Origin: Desulfatiglandales bacterium
GTDB lineage: Bacteria > Desulfobacterota > DSM-4660 > Desulfatiglandales > Desulfatiglandaceae
Reading direction: 5' to 3'
Assembly (NCBI GenBank): GCA_963662465.1
Contig: OY759599.1
Coordinates: 3,616,001 to 3,680,000 of the forward strand
Length of the DNA: 64,000 bases
Shown here in pieces: positions 39,176 to 49,031 of the stretch. The number at the start of each line of letters is the position of its first letter. Position 1 is the first letter of the stretch. A model generated the notes under the pieces. It was not told the DNA's origin and made no database searches. It worked only from the letters and a program-made list of their open reading frames with translations. Made by a program: the position numbers and the translations under genes.

Positions 39176-39670
39176 TCAAAAAAGCCCTATTTCGTGGAGG
39201 TAATGATAGGTCACAATTCCCACCGTGGTTGAAAGGTTCAAACTGCGAACCTTGCCCCAGATGGGAATCCGATAACAGGGATAAGTTTCCCGCACTTTCA
39301 ACGGCAATCCGAGGGTTTCCCGACCGAACAACACGTAATCCCCATGGTTCACCTTTGCCCCGGTATAGACCGCCTCAGCGTGTCGGCTGAAGCAAAGCAG
39401 CTGACGGCGTTTATCCCTTTCCTTCAGAAACGTATTAAAATCCGGATGGTGCCATACGTCAATTTCGGGCCAGTAATCAAGACCTGCCCTCTTGAGATGT
39501 TTGTCGTCGACGGAAAACCCCAAAGGATGGATCAGGTGGAGCCGCATGCGGGCGGCGCCGCACAGCCTTGCAATATTCCCGGTGTTGGCTGGAATCTCGG
39601 GCTGAAATAGGACCACATGAAGGTGTGGGTCCTTCAAAACCGCATATCCTGTCGGGCCTGACACCGTCAT
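39176..39670 (-). CDS. trmL: tRNA (cytidine/uridine-34 2'-O)-methyltransferase
   Basis: PEIPANTGNIARLC, KRAGLDYW, FGRET.GLP, RSLNLS. Confidence 0.95.
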   Translation of the reverse strand: MTVSGPTGYAVLKDPHLHVVLFQPEIPANTGNIARLCGAARMRLHLIHPLGFSVDDKHLKRAGLDYWPEIDVWHHPDFNTFLKERDKRRQLLCFSRHAEAVYTGAKVNHGDYVLFGRETLGLPLKVRETYPCYRIPIWGKVRSLNLSTTVGIVTYHYLHEIGLF

Positions 39671-41160
39671 TACGGGACCACCGCAATCCGATTCATCCCT
39701 TCACTGGGATAATCGATGGTTTTCAGATGCTTCCCATAGTCAGCCAACACCTCGTGGCACACTAAGGCGGTTTTGTTCCAAACCACCGACCCCGGTTTGA
39801 GGTGAAGGTATTTTTCCATATTTTCCGGCCTGGTACAGTAAGCATTGTGGGCAAAGCTGTACATGCGGTCAAGTTCAAGGGGTTTTTCGCCGACCATAAC
39901 GTCAAATACCCTTGCCCCAGCTGGATTTTCCCGGTTCACTTTATACGTTATTCCGGATACCTGGTTGGAAAATCGGACCGCATCCCCTTCAAAAATCGCC
40001 AGAATCTGCCGACCGGAAACCGAGCCGGTAACCAAATGATCCCCGAAAGGGTTCAGCACCTTAAAATCCCCCTCATAAAGCACCCGGGGTTCCCCTGGGA
40101 AAACCCTGAAATCCATCCTCAGAGAAGCGCTGTTAGTCATGGCTACATCGGTTTTGGCGGCCCACCTAAAGGCATCGGCGGCAAAATCTCCGAGGCTGTT
40201 TTCACGACCCGGAAGGCATGTCCCCAAGAGGGATTGCTTCAGAATAGCCACCGGCGCCCCTTCCCGCCTATCCACATGTTCCTTGACCTGCAGGGTCACA
40301 TGGGCAAGCCCGGAGGGAATCAGGGGGATGATGCTGTTGGTAACCGACGTAACAATGCCATTATCCACCAAAATATCCGCCCGACCATAATAGCCGTTCA
40401 TGGCGCCGGCCTGAAAAATGTAAATACCGTTTCTAACAAGGGGCTCTTCAAGCATCATGTGGTTGTGGCCGCTCAGAATAATATCCACGCCCAGTCGGGC
40501 CGGAATGACCTCCGCAAACCGGACAATGCGGTGCATATACTCATGCACCATGAGAACAGTCAAATCCAGCTTTCCCATCTCGGGAATGGTTTTTTCCAGG
40601 GCCTCCAGCATGGGCATCACCGTAAGGCGTTTTTTGGTTACGGCAGCCAGCACATGCGCATCCTCCGGCAACAGCAGACCCACGAAGCCGACTCGCAAAC
40701 CGGAAGAAGACGTTACCACGCGGTACGGGACATAATAGGGATGATTGTCGGCATCAACCAGGTTGGCGCACAAAAGACCCGACGAAAAGGCATCGGGCGT
40801 TAAAACACCGGCGTCAAAATCATGATTCCCGGCGGAAATCAAAACCCTGTCGCCAAAACCTTTGGCCGCCAGGGTTTTCCAGAAATGGTTCCACAGCCGC
40901 AACTCCGCAACGCCCTTCATTTCCGGCGCAAAATCAGGACCGGTCAAAAGGTCCCCGCTCATGGCATAAAATGAATTGGGGTTCTTTTCAAACAGGGGCA
41001 TAAGAATTTCCGCCACCTCCGCCATGCCCACACGGCTGGATGAGGGGAAAAGCCACCCATGCAGGTCATTTTGGTAGATGAGGGTTGCCTTTTGCGCGGC
41101 GGCAGCCGAAGCGGAAATTGCAAGCCATAAAATAACAACAAGGATCAACGTTTTTTTCAT
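39670..41160 (-). CDS. Exported 5'-nucleotidase/UshA-like metallophosphoesterase
   Basis: Signal peptide; NDLHG, GD, GNHDFD, SGHNH; C-terminal 5'-nucleotidase domain (ENSLGDF, PFGD, QVSG). Confidence 0.88.
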   Translation of the reverse strand: MKKTLILVVILWLAISASAAAAQKATLIYQNDLHGWLFPSSSRVGMAEVAEILMPLFEKNPNSFYAMSGDLLTGPDFAPEMKGVAELRLWNHFWKTLAAKGFGDRVLISAGNHDFDAGVLTPDAFSSGLLCANLVDADNHPYYVPYRVVTSSSGLRVGFVGLLLPEDAHVLAAVTKKRLTVMPMLEALEKTIPEMGKLDLTVLMVHEYMHRIVRFAEVIPARLGVDIILSGHNHMMLEEPLVRNGIYIFQAGAMNGYYGRADILVDNGIVTSVTNSIIPLIPSGLAHVTLQVKEHVDRREGAPVAILKQSLLGTCLPGRENSLGDFAADAFRWAAKTDVAMTNSASLRMDFRVFPGEPRVLYEGDFKVLNPFGDHLVTGSVSGRQILAIFEGDAVRFSNQVSGITYKVNRENPAGARVFDVMVGEKPLELDRMYSFAHNAYCTRPENMEKYLHLKPGSVVWNKTALVCHEVLADYGKHLKTIDYPSEGMNRIAVVP

Positions 41161-41174
41161 GGGGTTACTCCAAA

Positions 41175-41960
41175 TCAGATTTCAATAAGCGGTAAGGCTT
41201 CATCCTGATTTCCAATCAGAATCCGGGTCTTTGTCAGTCCACAGTGATCCAGAACAGTTTGCGCCGCGTGAAGGGCTTTGGCGGCGTCATTGTTGGTTTC
41301 ACTGAGGTGCGCCAGAACGACCCATTTAAGATCCGGGTGGGAAATGGTTTCAAGCAGTTCACCGGCCTGTTGGTTCGACAGGTGCCCCTCGCTGCTATGG
41401 ATCCTTTGCTTGAGATGCCATGGATAAGGCCCTTCACTGAGCATCGTTGGATCATAATTGAATTCCATAATCAAGGCGCTGCACGCCCTTAATCGATCTT
41501 CCGCCAATCGCGTGCTTCGCCCCAGATCCGTAATATGACCAATCCTCACCCCATTATTTGAAACCACCAGACCCATGGGATCCGCGGCATCATGGCATTT
41601 GGTGAAGGTCTCCAGGGAAAGATGGTTAATTTTAAGGGTTTCACCGGTTTGGATGGAAACAACGGCAGGCAGTTTTCCTAAGGTTTTTTCACCACGTGCA
41701 AGGGTTTGTGCATTGGCGTAAACGGGTAATTTATACCGCCGCGCCAAAACCCCCACACCTTTGATATGGTCGGCATGTTCATGGGTCACCACAATGGCGT
41801 CGAGGCTTTGGGGAGAAACGCCCACAGCCGCCAGACGCCGTTCGATCTCGATGCCGCTCAGGCCCGCATCCACCAGGATTCCAGTATCGCGGCTTTCAAT
41901 ATAGCAGGCATTGCCGCGACTCCCGGAAGAGAGGATGGAGAATTTCATTGCGTTTTTCAT
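41175..41960 (-). CDS. MBL-fold metallo-hydrolase (YycJ/WalJ-like)
   Basis: SGSRGNA, THEHADH, HDAADP, GHLSN, AHLSETNN. Confidence 0.9.
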   Translation of the reverse strand: MKNAMKFSILSSGSRGNACYIESRDTGILVDAGLSGIEIERRLAAVGVSPQSLDAIVVTHEHADHIKGVGVLARRYKLPVYANAQTLARGEKTLGKLPAVVSIQTGETLKINHLSLETFTKCHDAADPMGLVVSNNGVRIGHITDLGRSTRLAEDRLRACSALIMEFNYDPTMLSEGPYPWHLKQRIHSSEGHLSNQQAGELLETISHPDLKWVVLAHLSETNNDAAKALHAAQTVLDHCGLTKTRILIGNQDEALPLIEI

Positions 41961-42418
41961 CGGATGCCACTGTGGCCGAACCCTCCTTTGCCTCTTTGGG
42001 TCGTACCCAGTTCCGCGGCGATTTGGAGCTTGGCCCGATAAACCTTTGACAACACCATCTGGGCAATGCGATCGCCCATCTTGACAACGAAAGGCGCCTC
42101 CCCGTGGTTGATCAGAATAATGCCGATCTCGCCCCTGTAATCAGAGTCGATGGTGCCGGGACTGTTGACCAGGCCGATACCGTGTTTGAGGGCCAGGCCG
42201 CTTCGAGGACGAACCTGCATCTCGTACCCGGGCGGTATGGAGAAGGCCAGACCCGTGGGAATCAGTTTTATCCCCCCCGGGGCAAGGGTGACGGGGGTTT
42301 CAACACAAGCCCTGATATCCATGCCGGAAGCCCCATCGGAGACATAGTCTGGAACCGAAAATCCCTGTTCCGCTAAAGCGGTATTACAGATTTTTATTTT
42401 GACGGGAATGGCATCCAA
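41957..42418 (-). CDS. dut: dUTP diphosphatase
   Basis: SGMD, RPRSGLA, GTIDSDYRGE, RG.GGFGHSG. Confidence 0.97.
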   Translation of the reverse strand: MDAIPVKIKICNTALAEQGFSVPDYVSDGASGMDIRACVETPVTLAPGGIKLIPTGLAFSIPPGYEMQVRPRSGLALKHGIGLVNSPGTIDSDYRGEIGIILINHGEAPFVVKMGDRIAQMVLSKVYRAKLQIAAELGTTQRGKGGFGHSGIR

Positions 42419-42436
42419 AGGGGACCTTTTGATGGA

Positions 42437-43699
42437 TCAATTATAAACGATGAAATCCAAATCAACCTCTTCTTCTTTTACGGGGCCGAGAGCGGCAAAA
42501 GCCATCTGATCGCCGCCAAAAACCGTGTTCACCATTTCCACCACCTCGTCAACGGTCACCCGCTCTATAGCGGCCGCTACCTCCTCATAATCCACATATC
42601 TTTCAAAAACAAACTCATTCTTGGCCGCCCGCATCATTCGGTTATCCGCACTTTCGGACGACAGATACATACCGCCCACCACATTTTCCTTGGCAGCCGC
42701 AAGGTCGTCTTTGGTCAATTGCCCCCGGCCCAGTTTTCGGATTTCAGCTTGCGTTATTTCCAAAACGGAATTCATATTCCGTGCGTCCGTTGCCGCATAA
42801 ACGCCAAACAACCCGGCATCCACATAGGGCGAAAAAAAAGAATACACGGAATAGGCCAGGCCTCGATTCTCCCTTATTTCCTGGAAAAGTCTGGAACTCA
42901 TGTTACCCCCCAGAATGGTATTGAACAGGACGCAGGCAAATCGCGATTCATCCACCTGGGAAGGCGCTTCACCCCCCAGGCAAACATGCACCTGTTCCAG
43001 TTCCTTACGCTTCACCACCACGCCACCGCCACAGCGCGGAAGCTCCCTTGCGGGAGACACTCCCCGTGAATCGCTCTCGATTTCAAAAATGGGTCTAAAA
43101 TACGCCACCATTTCCTCGTGATCCACATTGCCGGCCGCCACCACAAGGACTCGCTCCGGAACATAAAAATTCCGGATGTATTCACGAATCATTTCCGGGT
43201 CCATTCGGGCAACGGTTTCAGCTGTTCCCAGAACGGAACGCCCGATGGGATGGTCGGGCCAGAAAAGGTTTTGAAAAAGCACATGAAGGTAATCGTCGGG
43301 GGTATCTTCCACCATGCTGATTTCCTGGAAGATCACCTCCCGCTCACGTTCCATATCCTCGGGCTGAAAGGTTGGATGAACAAAAATATCAGACAGAATA
43401 TCCGCCAGAACCGGAAAATGCCGATCCAGTACCCGGCCATAAAAACAAGTGGTTTCCTTGCCGGTAAAGGCGTTTGAAAGACCGCCGATGGCATCCAGAT
43501 CTTTGGCGATCTGGAAGCCTGAACGATTTCGGGTTCCTTTGAAACTCATATGTTCAATAAAATGGGAAACCCCGTTTTCCAAAGGCGACTCGTCCCGGCT
43601 TCCGGTATTCACCCATATGCCCAACGAAACGGAACGAAGATGGGGCAACCGTTCCGAGACGATTCTAACGCCGTTTTCCAGTACCGTTTTACGATACAT
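42437..43699 (-). CDS. M16 family Zn peptidase
   Basis: HFIEH inverted zinc motif, NAFT, SSRLFQEIRE; start at MYRKT overlapping the pnp end. Confidence 0.93.
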   Translation of the reverse strand: MYRKTVLENGVRIVSERLPHLRSVSLGIWVNTGSRDESPLENGVSHFIEHMSFKGTRNRSGFQIAKDLDAIGGLSNAFTGKETTCFYGRVLDRHFPVLADILSDIFVHPTFQPEDMEREREVIFQEISMVEDTPDDYLHVLFQNLFWPDHPIGRSVLGTAETVARMDPEMIREYIRNFYVPERVLVVAAGNVDHEEMVAYFRPIFEIESDSRGVSPARELPRCGGGVVVKRKELEQVHVCLGGEAPSQVDESRFACVLFNTILGGNMSSRLFQEIRENRGLAYSVYSFFSPYVDAGLFGVYAATDARNMNSVLEITQAEIRKLGRGQLTKDDLAAAKENVVGGMYLSSESADNRMMRAAKNEFVFERYVDYEEVAAAIERVTVDEVVEMVNTVFGGDQMAFAALGPVKEEEVDLDFIVYN

Positions 43700-45785
43700 C
43701 CGGGTTTTCCCCCAGAGCGGCTTTCCGGGAAAGGCGAATTCTGCCGTCCTTTCCCACTTCCAGCACCTTGACCAGCACCTCATCCCCTTCATTGAGTACG
43801 TCGGTGACTTTGTTCACCCGTTCCGGCGCCAACTGGGAGATATGAACCAGTCCATCGGTACCGGGAAATATTTCCACAAAGGCGCCGAAATCCATTATTT
43901 TGACCACTTTTCCCTCATAGATTTTTCCAACTTCGGCTTCCTGTACAATTTCCTTGATCATTTTCAAGGCCGCATCCGAACACTCCTTGTCCGGTGAAGA
44001 AACAGTCACCACACCCTCGTCATCCACATCAATCCTGGCGCCGGAGACACTGCAAATTTCCCGAATGGTCTTGCCCCCAGGACCGATGAGAACCCGCACC
44101 TTTTCGGAGCTGATCTTGACGGCGGTAATGATGGGTGCGTATTGGGAAACATCATTTCGGGGCTGTGAAATGGTTTTGCTCATACATTCCAAGATGTGGA
44201 GCCGACCTGCCTTGGCCTGATCAAGCGCCTGTTCCATAATCTCCCGGGTCAGCCGCTCGATTTTAATATCCATCTGAAGCGCCGTAATCCCTTCCCGGGT
44301 GCCGGTCACCTTAAAATCCATATCCCCATAGTGGTCTTCATCGCCCAGAATATCGGTCAACACGACCACATTGTCCCCTTCCGCCACCAGTCCCATGGCC
44401 ACGCCCGCCACAAGGTCCTTGATGGGGACGCCCGCATCCATTAGTGAGAGACACCCCCCGCAAACGCTGGCCATGGAGGAAGAACCGTTGGACTCGAGAA
44501 TCTCGGATACCACACGGATACAGTATTGAAATTCATCCTCTTTCGGCAATACCGGCAAAAGGGCTCTTCTGGCAAGTGCTCCGTGACCGATTTCCCTGCG
44601 CCCGGGGCCGCCAAGCCTCTTGGCCTCACCGACGCTGTAGGGCGGAAAGTTGTAGTGCAAAATAAAAGACCTTAACTCCTCTCCAAAGATGGACTCAATT
44701 CTCTGCCTGTCTCTCTCAGTGCCGAGAGTCGTCAATACCATGGCCTGGGTTTCCCCCCGGGTAAACAGCGCCGACCCGTGAATCCGCGGCAGAAGGCCCA
44801 CCAGACACTCTATGGGTCTGACTTCATTGAATGCGCGTCCGTCGATCCTTTTGCCCTCATTTAGAATCATGCCGCGAATCATTTTTCTTTCAAGGGAATG
44901 GAAAGCCTCTTTAATCTCTGATTTCCGCCCTTCATATTCTTCTAAAAGGGCATTGACCACCTCATGTTGGGCCTCCCGCCTCTTCTGCTGCCGCATCATT
45001 TTGTCGGCAATGGTCAAGACTTCCTTAAGCAAAGGTTCCCCCACCTGATCGACCTTTGTCTGAATAGAGACGTCTGCCGTTTCCTCGGGAATAATTCGTT
45101 TTGCCTTTCCCACCTCTTTCTTAAGGGCCTCCTGCATATCCAGCATGGGCTGAATCGCCTCGTGCCCATAAAAAATCGCATCGATCATGTCGGATTCGGA
45201 AACGAATTGAGAACCGCCCTCCACCATCACAACGCCATCCCGATTCCCCGCCACAATCAAGTTGATATCGCTCTCCGCCTGCTGGCTGAGGGTGGGATTG
45301 GCCACGAACGCCCCATTAATTCTCCCCACCTTTACCCCTGCAATGGGCCCCAGGAAAGGAATATCCGATATTTCAAGGGCGGCAGAAGCACCCAGCATGG
45401 CCAGCATGTCCGCCTCGTGTTCCTTGTCCGTGGAAAGCACCGTTGCAATCACCTGGGTTTCATAATGATAATTATCGGGAAACAAAGGCCTCAAGGGCCT
45501 GTCGATCAAACGGGAAATAAGGGTCTCTTTCTCCCCCGGCCTTCCCATATCCCTTCTGAAAAAATTCCCGGGTATCTGTCCCCCTGCATAAGACATTTCC
45601 TGATATTCCACCGTCAGTGGAAGAAAGTCGATCCCCTCGCGAACTTCGTCCGTTGCAACGGCGGTCACCAGAACAACGGTTTCACCGGAAGTAACAACAA
45701 CGGACCCGTTTGCCTGTTTGGCAATACGACCTGTTTCCACATTGACATTCTGGCCACTAATTTCAATCGAATAATTTTTCACCAT
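43689..45785 (-). CDS. pnp: Polyribonucleotide nucleotidyltransferase
   Basis: RLIDRPLRP, FTRGETQ, SNGSSSMAS, GDMDFKV, KH and S1 domains. Confidence 0.98.
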   Translation of the reverse strand: MVKNYSIEISGQNVNVETGRIAKQANGSVVVTSGETVVLVTAVATDEVREGIDFLPLTVEYQEMSYAGGQIPGNFFRRDMGRPGEKETLISRLIDRPLRPLFPDNYHYETQVIATVLSTDKEHEADMLAMLGASAALEISDIPFLGPIAGVKVGRINGAFVANPTLSQQAESDINLIVAGNRDGVVMVEGGSQFVSESDMIDAIFYGHEAIQPMLDMQEALKKEVGKAKRIIPEETADVSIQTKVDQVGEPLLKEVLTIADKMMRQQKRREAQHEVVNALLEEYEGRKSEIKEAFHSLERKMIRGMILNEGKRIDGRAFNEVRPIECLVGLLPRIHGSALFTRGETQAMVLTTLGTERDRQRIESIFGEELRSFILHYNFPPYSVGEAKRLGGPGRREIGHGALARRALLPVLPKEDEFQYCIRVVSEILESNGSSSMASVCGGCLSLMDAGVPIKDLVAGVAMGLVAEGDNVVVLTDILGDEDHYGDMDFKVTGTREGITALQMDIKIERLTREIMEQALDQAKAGRLHILECMSKTISQPRNDVSQYAPIITAVKISSEKVRVLIGPGGKTIREICSVSGARIDVDDEGVVTVSSPDKECSDAALKMIKEIVQEAEVGKIYEGKVVKIMDFGAFVEIFPGTDGLVHISQLAPERVNKVTDVLNEGDEVLVKVLEVGKDGRIRLSRKAALGENPDVS

Positions 45786-46017
45786 TATTTCACATATCCT
45801 TTCAAATAGACGTTTCCGGGTCTTTTTGTAACCCGTGTTCCGAAAAAGCGCACTGGCTCATGTTTGGCTGCAATTGCTTCTAAAATCAACTTATGGGATC
45901 TTTATTTTACGACAACCTGAACAAAAACTTATCAATCCTTTTGCAACCACCGTCATTTGTTTACAATTCCGAAACACGGGGTGAAAATCAGGACAGGTCC
46001 TTGCAAGAGCAGTCACA

Positions 46018-46287
46018 CTATTTTCGAATGCCGAGTTCCTTGATAAGGGTGCGGTATTTTTCCATATCTCTTTTTTTCAGGTAATTCAAAAGCCTCCTCC
46101 GCTGGCCCACCAGTTTCAATAATCCCCGACGTGAATGATGGTCTTTTTTATGGACCTTAAAATGTTCTGTAAGATATTTGATTCGACTGGTAAGTAAGGC
46201 AATCTGAACCTCGGGCGAACCGGTATCCTTCTCATGAAGCTTAAACCGATCCAGAATTTCTTTCTTTGCTCCCGCTGTCAAAACCAC
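46018..46287 (-). CDS. rpsO: 30S ribosomal protein S15
   Basis: [20 protein letters not shown]. Confidence 0.98.
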   Translation of the reverse strand: MVLTAGAKKEILDRFKLHEKDTGSPEVQIALLTSRIKYLTEHFKVHKKDHHSRRGLLKLVGQRRRLLNYLKKRDMEKYRTLIKELGIRK

Positions 46288-46342
46288 TTTTAGTACCTCC
46301 TAAAATATTGATGTTTCAAAACGCTAAAAATGAAAAAAAAGA

Positions 46343-47305
46343 TCAAGAAAACACTCTCTCAAATTTTATCTTTTCATGACCGCCCCCCCCGTCGTTCGTC
46401 TTTGCAATCGCCACAAGTTTGTCGTCGCTGATCAGTTTTATGAACCTTTCCTGATCATCCCATGGGCCGCCGGCGTAAACGCAAGCAACCCCAACGTCAT
46501 CGGAATCACGCTGCAATTCATCCCAAGTAGGCTGATATCCCCGCCGTACTTTTTCAGCCAACATCCCATTAAGATCCATCTGCCCCATGTCCGGCAGGGC
46601 CTTTGGCAAAGGCATCGCCATTTCCAGTAAAAGCTCAGCATGGGATTGGGGGGAAATCTCCCCCGAAGGAATGGCCGTGGCCACATCAAATGCGCCGCTT
46701 TTCAATCTTCGCAGGGTTTTCAGCCGCCCTCCCGTCCCCAAATCCCGGGCCATATCAGCGGCAAGACTTCGGATATAGGTGCCACCGCCGCACCTGACCC
46801 GCATGGCAATATCAGGCAGATCAACCGAAATAATGGAAATGGAATGGATGATAACCTCTCTCTGTTTGAGTTCAAAGGACACGCCTTTTCTGGCCAGCGC
46901 ATAGGCCCGTGAACCTTGGTATTTCACAGCCGAATAGGCGGGCGGCGTCTGCCTGATCCGCCCCTCATACCGACGGGCCGTTTCTTGAATGCGGTCGAAA
47001 CTTAACTTCGGAACGTCGTGAATGGCCGTCACCTGTCCCGTGGGATCCAAGGTATCGGTTTCCATGCCCAGTTCCAAAGTCGCCAGATACTCTTTTTCAC
47101 CGGCCATCATAAACCGGGAAAGTTTGGTCCCCTGTCCCAGAAGAATCACCAGCAATCCCGTGGCAAATGGATCCAGGGTTCCCGCATGTCCAACCCGATA
47201 TCGCTTGCCCCGACGCAGCACGGATCGAATTTTTTTGACAACCCCATGGGACGTTTCCCCTTCCCCCTTGTCAACCAAAAGTATGCCGTCATCGGGGTGT
47301 TTCAT
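46343..47305 (-). CDS. truB: tRNA pseudouridine-55 synthase
   Basis: GHAGTLDPFATG, PPAYSAVK, GTYIRSLA. Confidence 0.97.
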   Translation of the reverse strand: MKHPDDGILLVDKGEGETSHGVVKKIRSVLRRGKRYRVGHAGTLDPFATGLLVILLGQGTKLSRFMMAGEKEYLATLELGMETDTLDPTGQVTAIHDVPKLSFDRIQETARRYEGRIRQTPPAYSAVKYQGSRAYALARKGVSFELKQREVIIHSISIISVDLPDIAMRVRCGGGTYIRSLAADMARDLGTGGRLKTLRRLKSGAFDVATAIPSGEISPQSHAELLLEMAMPLPKALPDMGQMDLNGMLAEKVRRGYQPTWDELQRDSDDVGVACVYAGGPWDDQERFIKLISDDKLVAIAKTNDGGGGHEKIKFERVFS

Positions 47306-48314
47306 TCAACAACCGGCCCGCTTCAAGCAAAAAATCATGTTTTACGGTCGCAAGGCTTCCGTTGCAGGTAAATCCCGCCGCTCTCGCATGCCCCCCGCCC
47401 CCGAACCGCGCCGCCAATTCGGCTACATTTACCCACCGGTTTGAGCGGAGGCTGAATTTATAGATATTTTCATCTTTTTCCATAATCATCACCGCCAGCT
47501 CAACCCCGTTGACATATCGCGGAAAATCTACAAAACCCTCACCGTCGGAACGGCGTGCGCCGCTTTTCTGAAACATATCACCTGAAAGCACCATCATACC
47601 AATTCTGCCTTCGCCGTGAAATTCAACCTCTTTCAGCGCCATGGCCAGCAATTTCAACCGCACGGGGCCGTATCCACTCATGATCCTTTGGGATATTTCC
47701 CATGGTCTGACCCCATATGCCATCAAATCCGCCGAAATTGTCATGGCAACTGATGTCGTGTTACTGAATCTGAAGGAACCGGTATCCGACTGTATTGCCG
47801 AAAACAAATTTTCGGCAATCTCGTAATCCAGAGGAAAATCACCGGTTTTTATCAATCGATACACCAACTCCCCGGCCGAAGAGCTATTCGCGTCAACCAG
47901 GTTGATTTCGCCAAAAAAGGTATTGGTCTCATGGTGGTCAATGTTGATGGTAAGGCCTCGGCCCTGCCACATCTCGCACGCCCCCAGCCTCCCCCGATCC
48001 GCGCAATCCAATGCCAGAACCGCATCAAAGCTTCCATGGGATACAGAAAACCGGGTCGGTTCCGACATGACCGATATTTTTTCGGCGCCCGTTAAAAGCG
48101 TTAAAGGAGGATGGATGGCTTTCCGGATCAGCATCACGGTCTCTTTTCCCATGTCCGCGAGGCTTTTTCCAAGGGCCAGCATGGAACCCAACCCATCGAT
48201 ATCCGGGTCTTTGTGGGTCATCAGCAAAAACCTTTGGCCTCTTTTCAACACCCCGGCGATCCGGGTCAAAGGACCCTCAAAAAGATCATCCGGACCCATC
48301 CCCTTATTCTTCAT
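47289..48314 (-). CDS. nrnA: DHH/DHHA1 phosphoesterase (NrnA-like)
   Basis: HKDPDIDG, NIDHH, SDTGSF, GGGGH; start uncertain. Confidence 0.9.
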   Translation of the reverse strand: MKNKGMGPDDLFEGPLTRIAGVLKRGQRFLLMTHKDPDIDGLGSMLALGKSLADMGKETVMLIRKAIHPPLTLLTGAEKISVMSEPTRFSVSHGSFDAVLALDCADRGRLGACEMWQGRGLTINIDHHETNTFFGEINLVDANSSSAGELVYRLIKTGDFPLDYEIAENLFSAIQSDTGSFRFSNTTSVAMTISADLMAYGVRPWEISQRIMSGYGPVRLKLLAMALKEVEFHGEGRIGMMVLSGDMFQKSGARRSDGEGFVDFPRYVNGVELAVMIMEKDENIYKFSLRSNRWVNVAELAARFGGGGHARAAGFTCNGSLATVKHDFLLEAGRLLNETPR

Positions 48315-48663
48315 CAGGCTCTCGCAGTTTTTCAAAAACACGCTCCATATGGCTTCCGGTTTTCAGGGAAGGGTCATAAACAAATGTAATTCCGGGAATA
48401 TACCGCAGGTCAACACGCCGGCCTATTTCCCTTTTCAAAAACCCCGTCGCACTGTTCAAACCTTCCTGCGCCCTTTCCACAAGGGGTGCATCATCGCCCA
48501 TAACGCTGAAGTATATCCTGGCCTGTTTGAGGTCATTGCTAAGGCTGATTCCCGTCAGCGTAACCCCCAGAACACGTGGATCTCGCACCCTCTCCAACAG
48601 AAGGAAAGCCACCTCTTTTAAAATCACATCCCCAACACGTACGGATCGTTTACCCGGCAACAT
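48304..48663 (-). CDS. rbfA: Ribosome-binding factor A
   Basis: RDPRV, DLKQARIY, LRYIP.ITF.YD; position after infB. Confidence 0.95.
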   Translation of the reverse strand: MLPGKRSVRVGDVILKEVAFLLLERVRDPRVLGVTLTGISLSNDLKQARIYFSVMGDDAPLVERAQEGLNSATGFLKREIGRRVDLRYIPGITFVYDPSLKTGSHMERVFEKLREPDEE

Positions 48664-48719
48664 ATCAAAATCCACCTCTTTGCTTCAAAAAAGTCACAGG
48701 TTGTGCAAGCATTTTATCA

Positions 48720-48745
48720 GGACGGACACACAGGTCCGCCCCTAC
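48720..48745. repeat. GTAG-type REP-like hairpin, copy 1
   Basis: GGACGGACACACAGGTCCGCCCCTAC; overlaps the DUF503 stop codon; near-identical to 59887-59912. Confidence 0.75.
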
Positions 48746-49029
48746 ATATTGATAATATCCATTTCCGTATTCACAATTTGCGCCAAACAAAGAGAATCAA
48801 GAAAATCCAAAATGTGATTTAAGGAAGAATCAACATGGCGTCGATCATTGGCGACGGTGGTGACGCCCAACTCAATTTTCTGCCATTTATCGTTGGCGCC
48901 CACTTCCGCAATGGCAGCGTTGAACTTGGACCTGACCCTGTCGATCATGCTCCTGACAACTTTTCGTTTCCCCTTGAGAGACCGATTGTCAAAAAGGAGA
49001 AATTCGATCTTTAAGGTTCCCACCACCAT
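48742..49029 (-). CDS. DUF503 (YlxP-like) protein
   Basis: SLKGKR...KFNAAIAEV; position between infB and rbfA. Confidence 0.9.
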   Translation of the reverse strand: MVVGTLKIEFLLFDNRSLKGKRKVVRSMIDRVRSKFNAAIAEVGANDKWQKIELGVTTVANDRRHVDSSLNHILDFLDSLCLAQIVNTEMDIINM

Positions 49030-49031
49030 AA

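Noticed and set aside
9549..45809. Long antisense or alternate-frame ORFs (e.g. 9549-10580, 13946-14971, 39802-40803, 44964-45809)
   Set aside because: Shadows of well-supported genes on the opposite strand, with no motifs of their own
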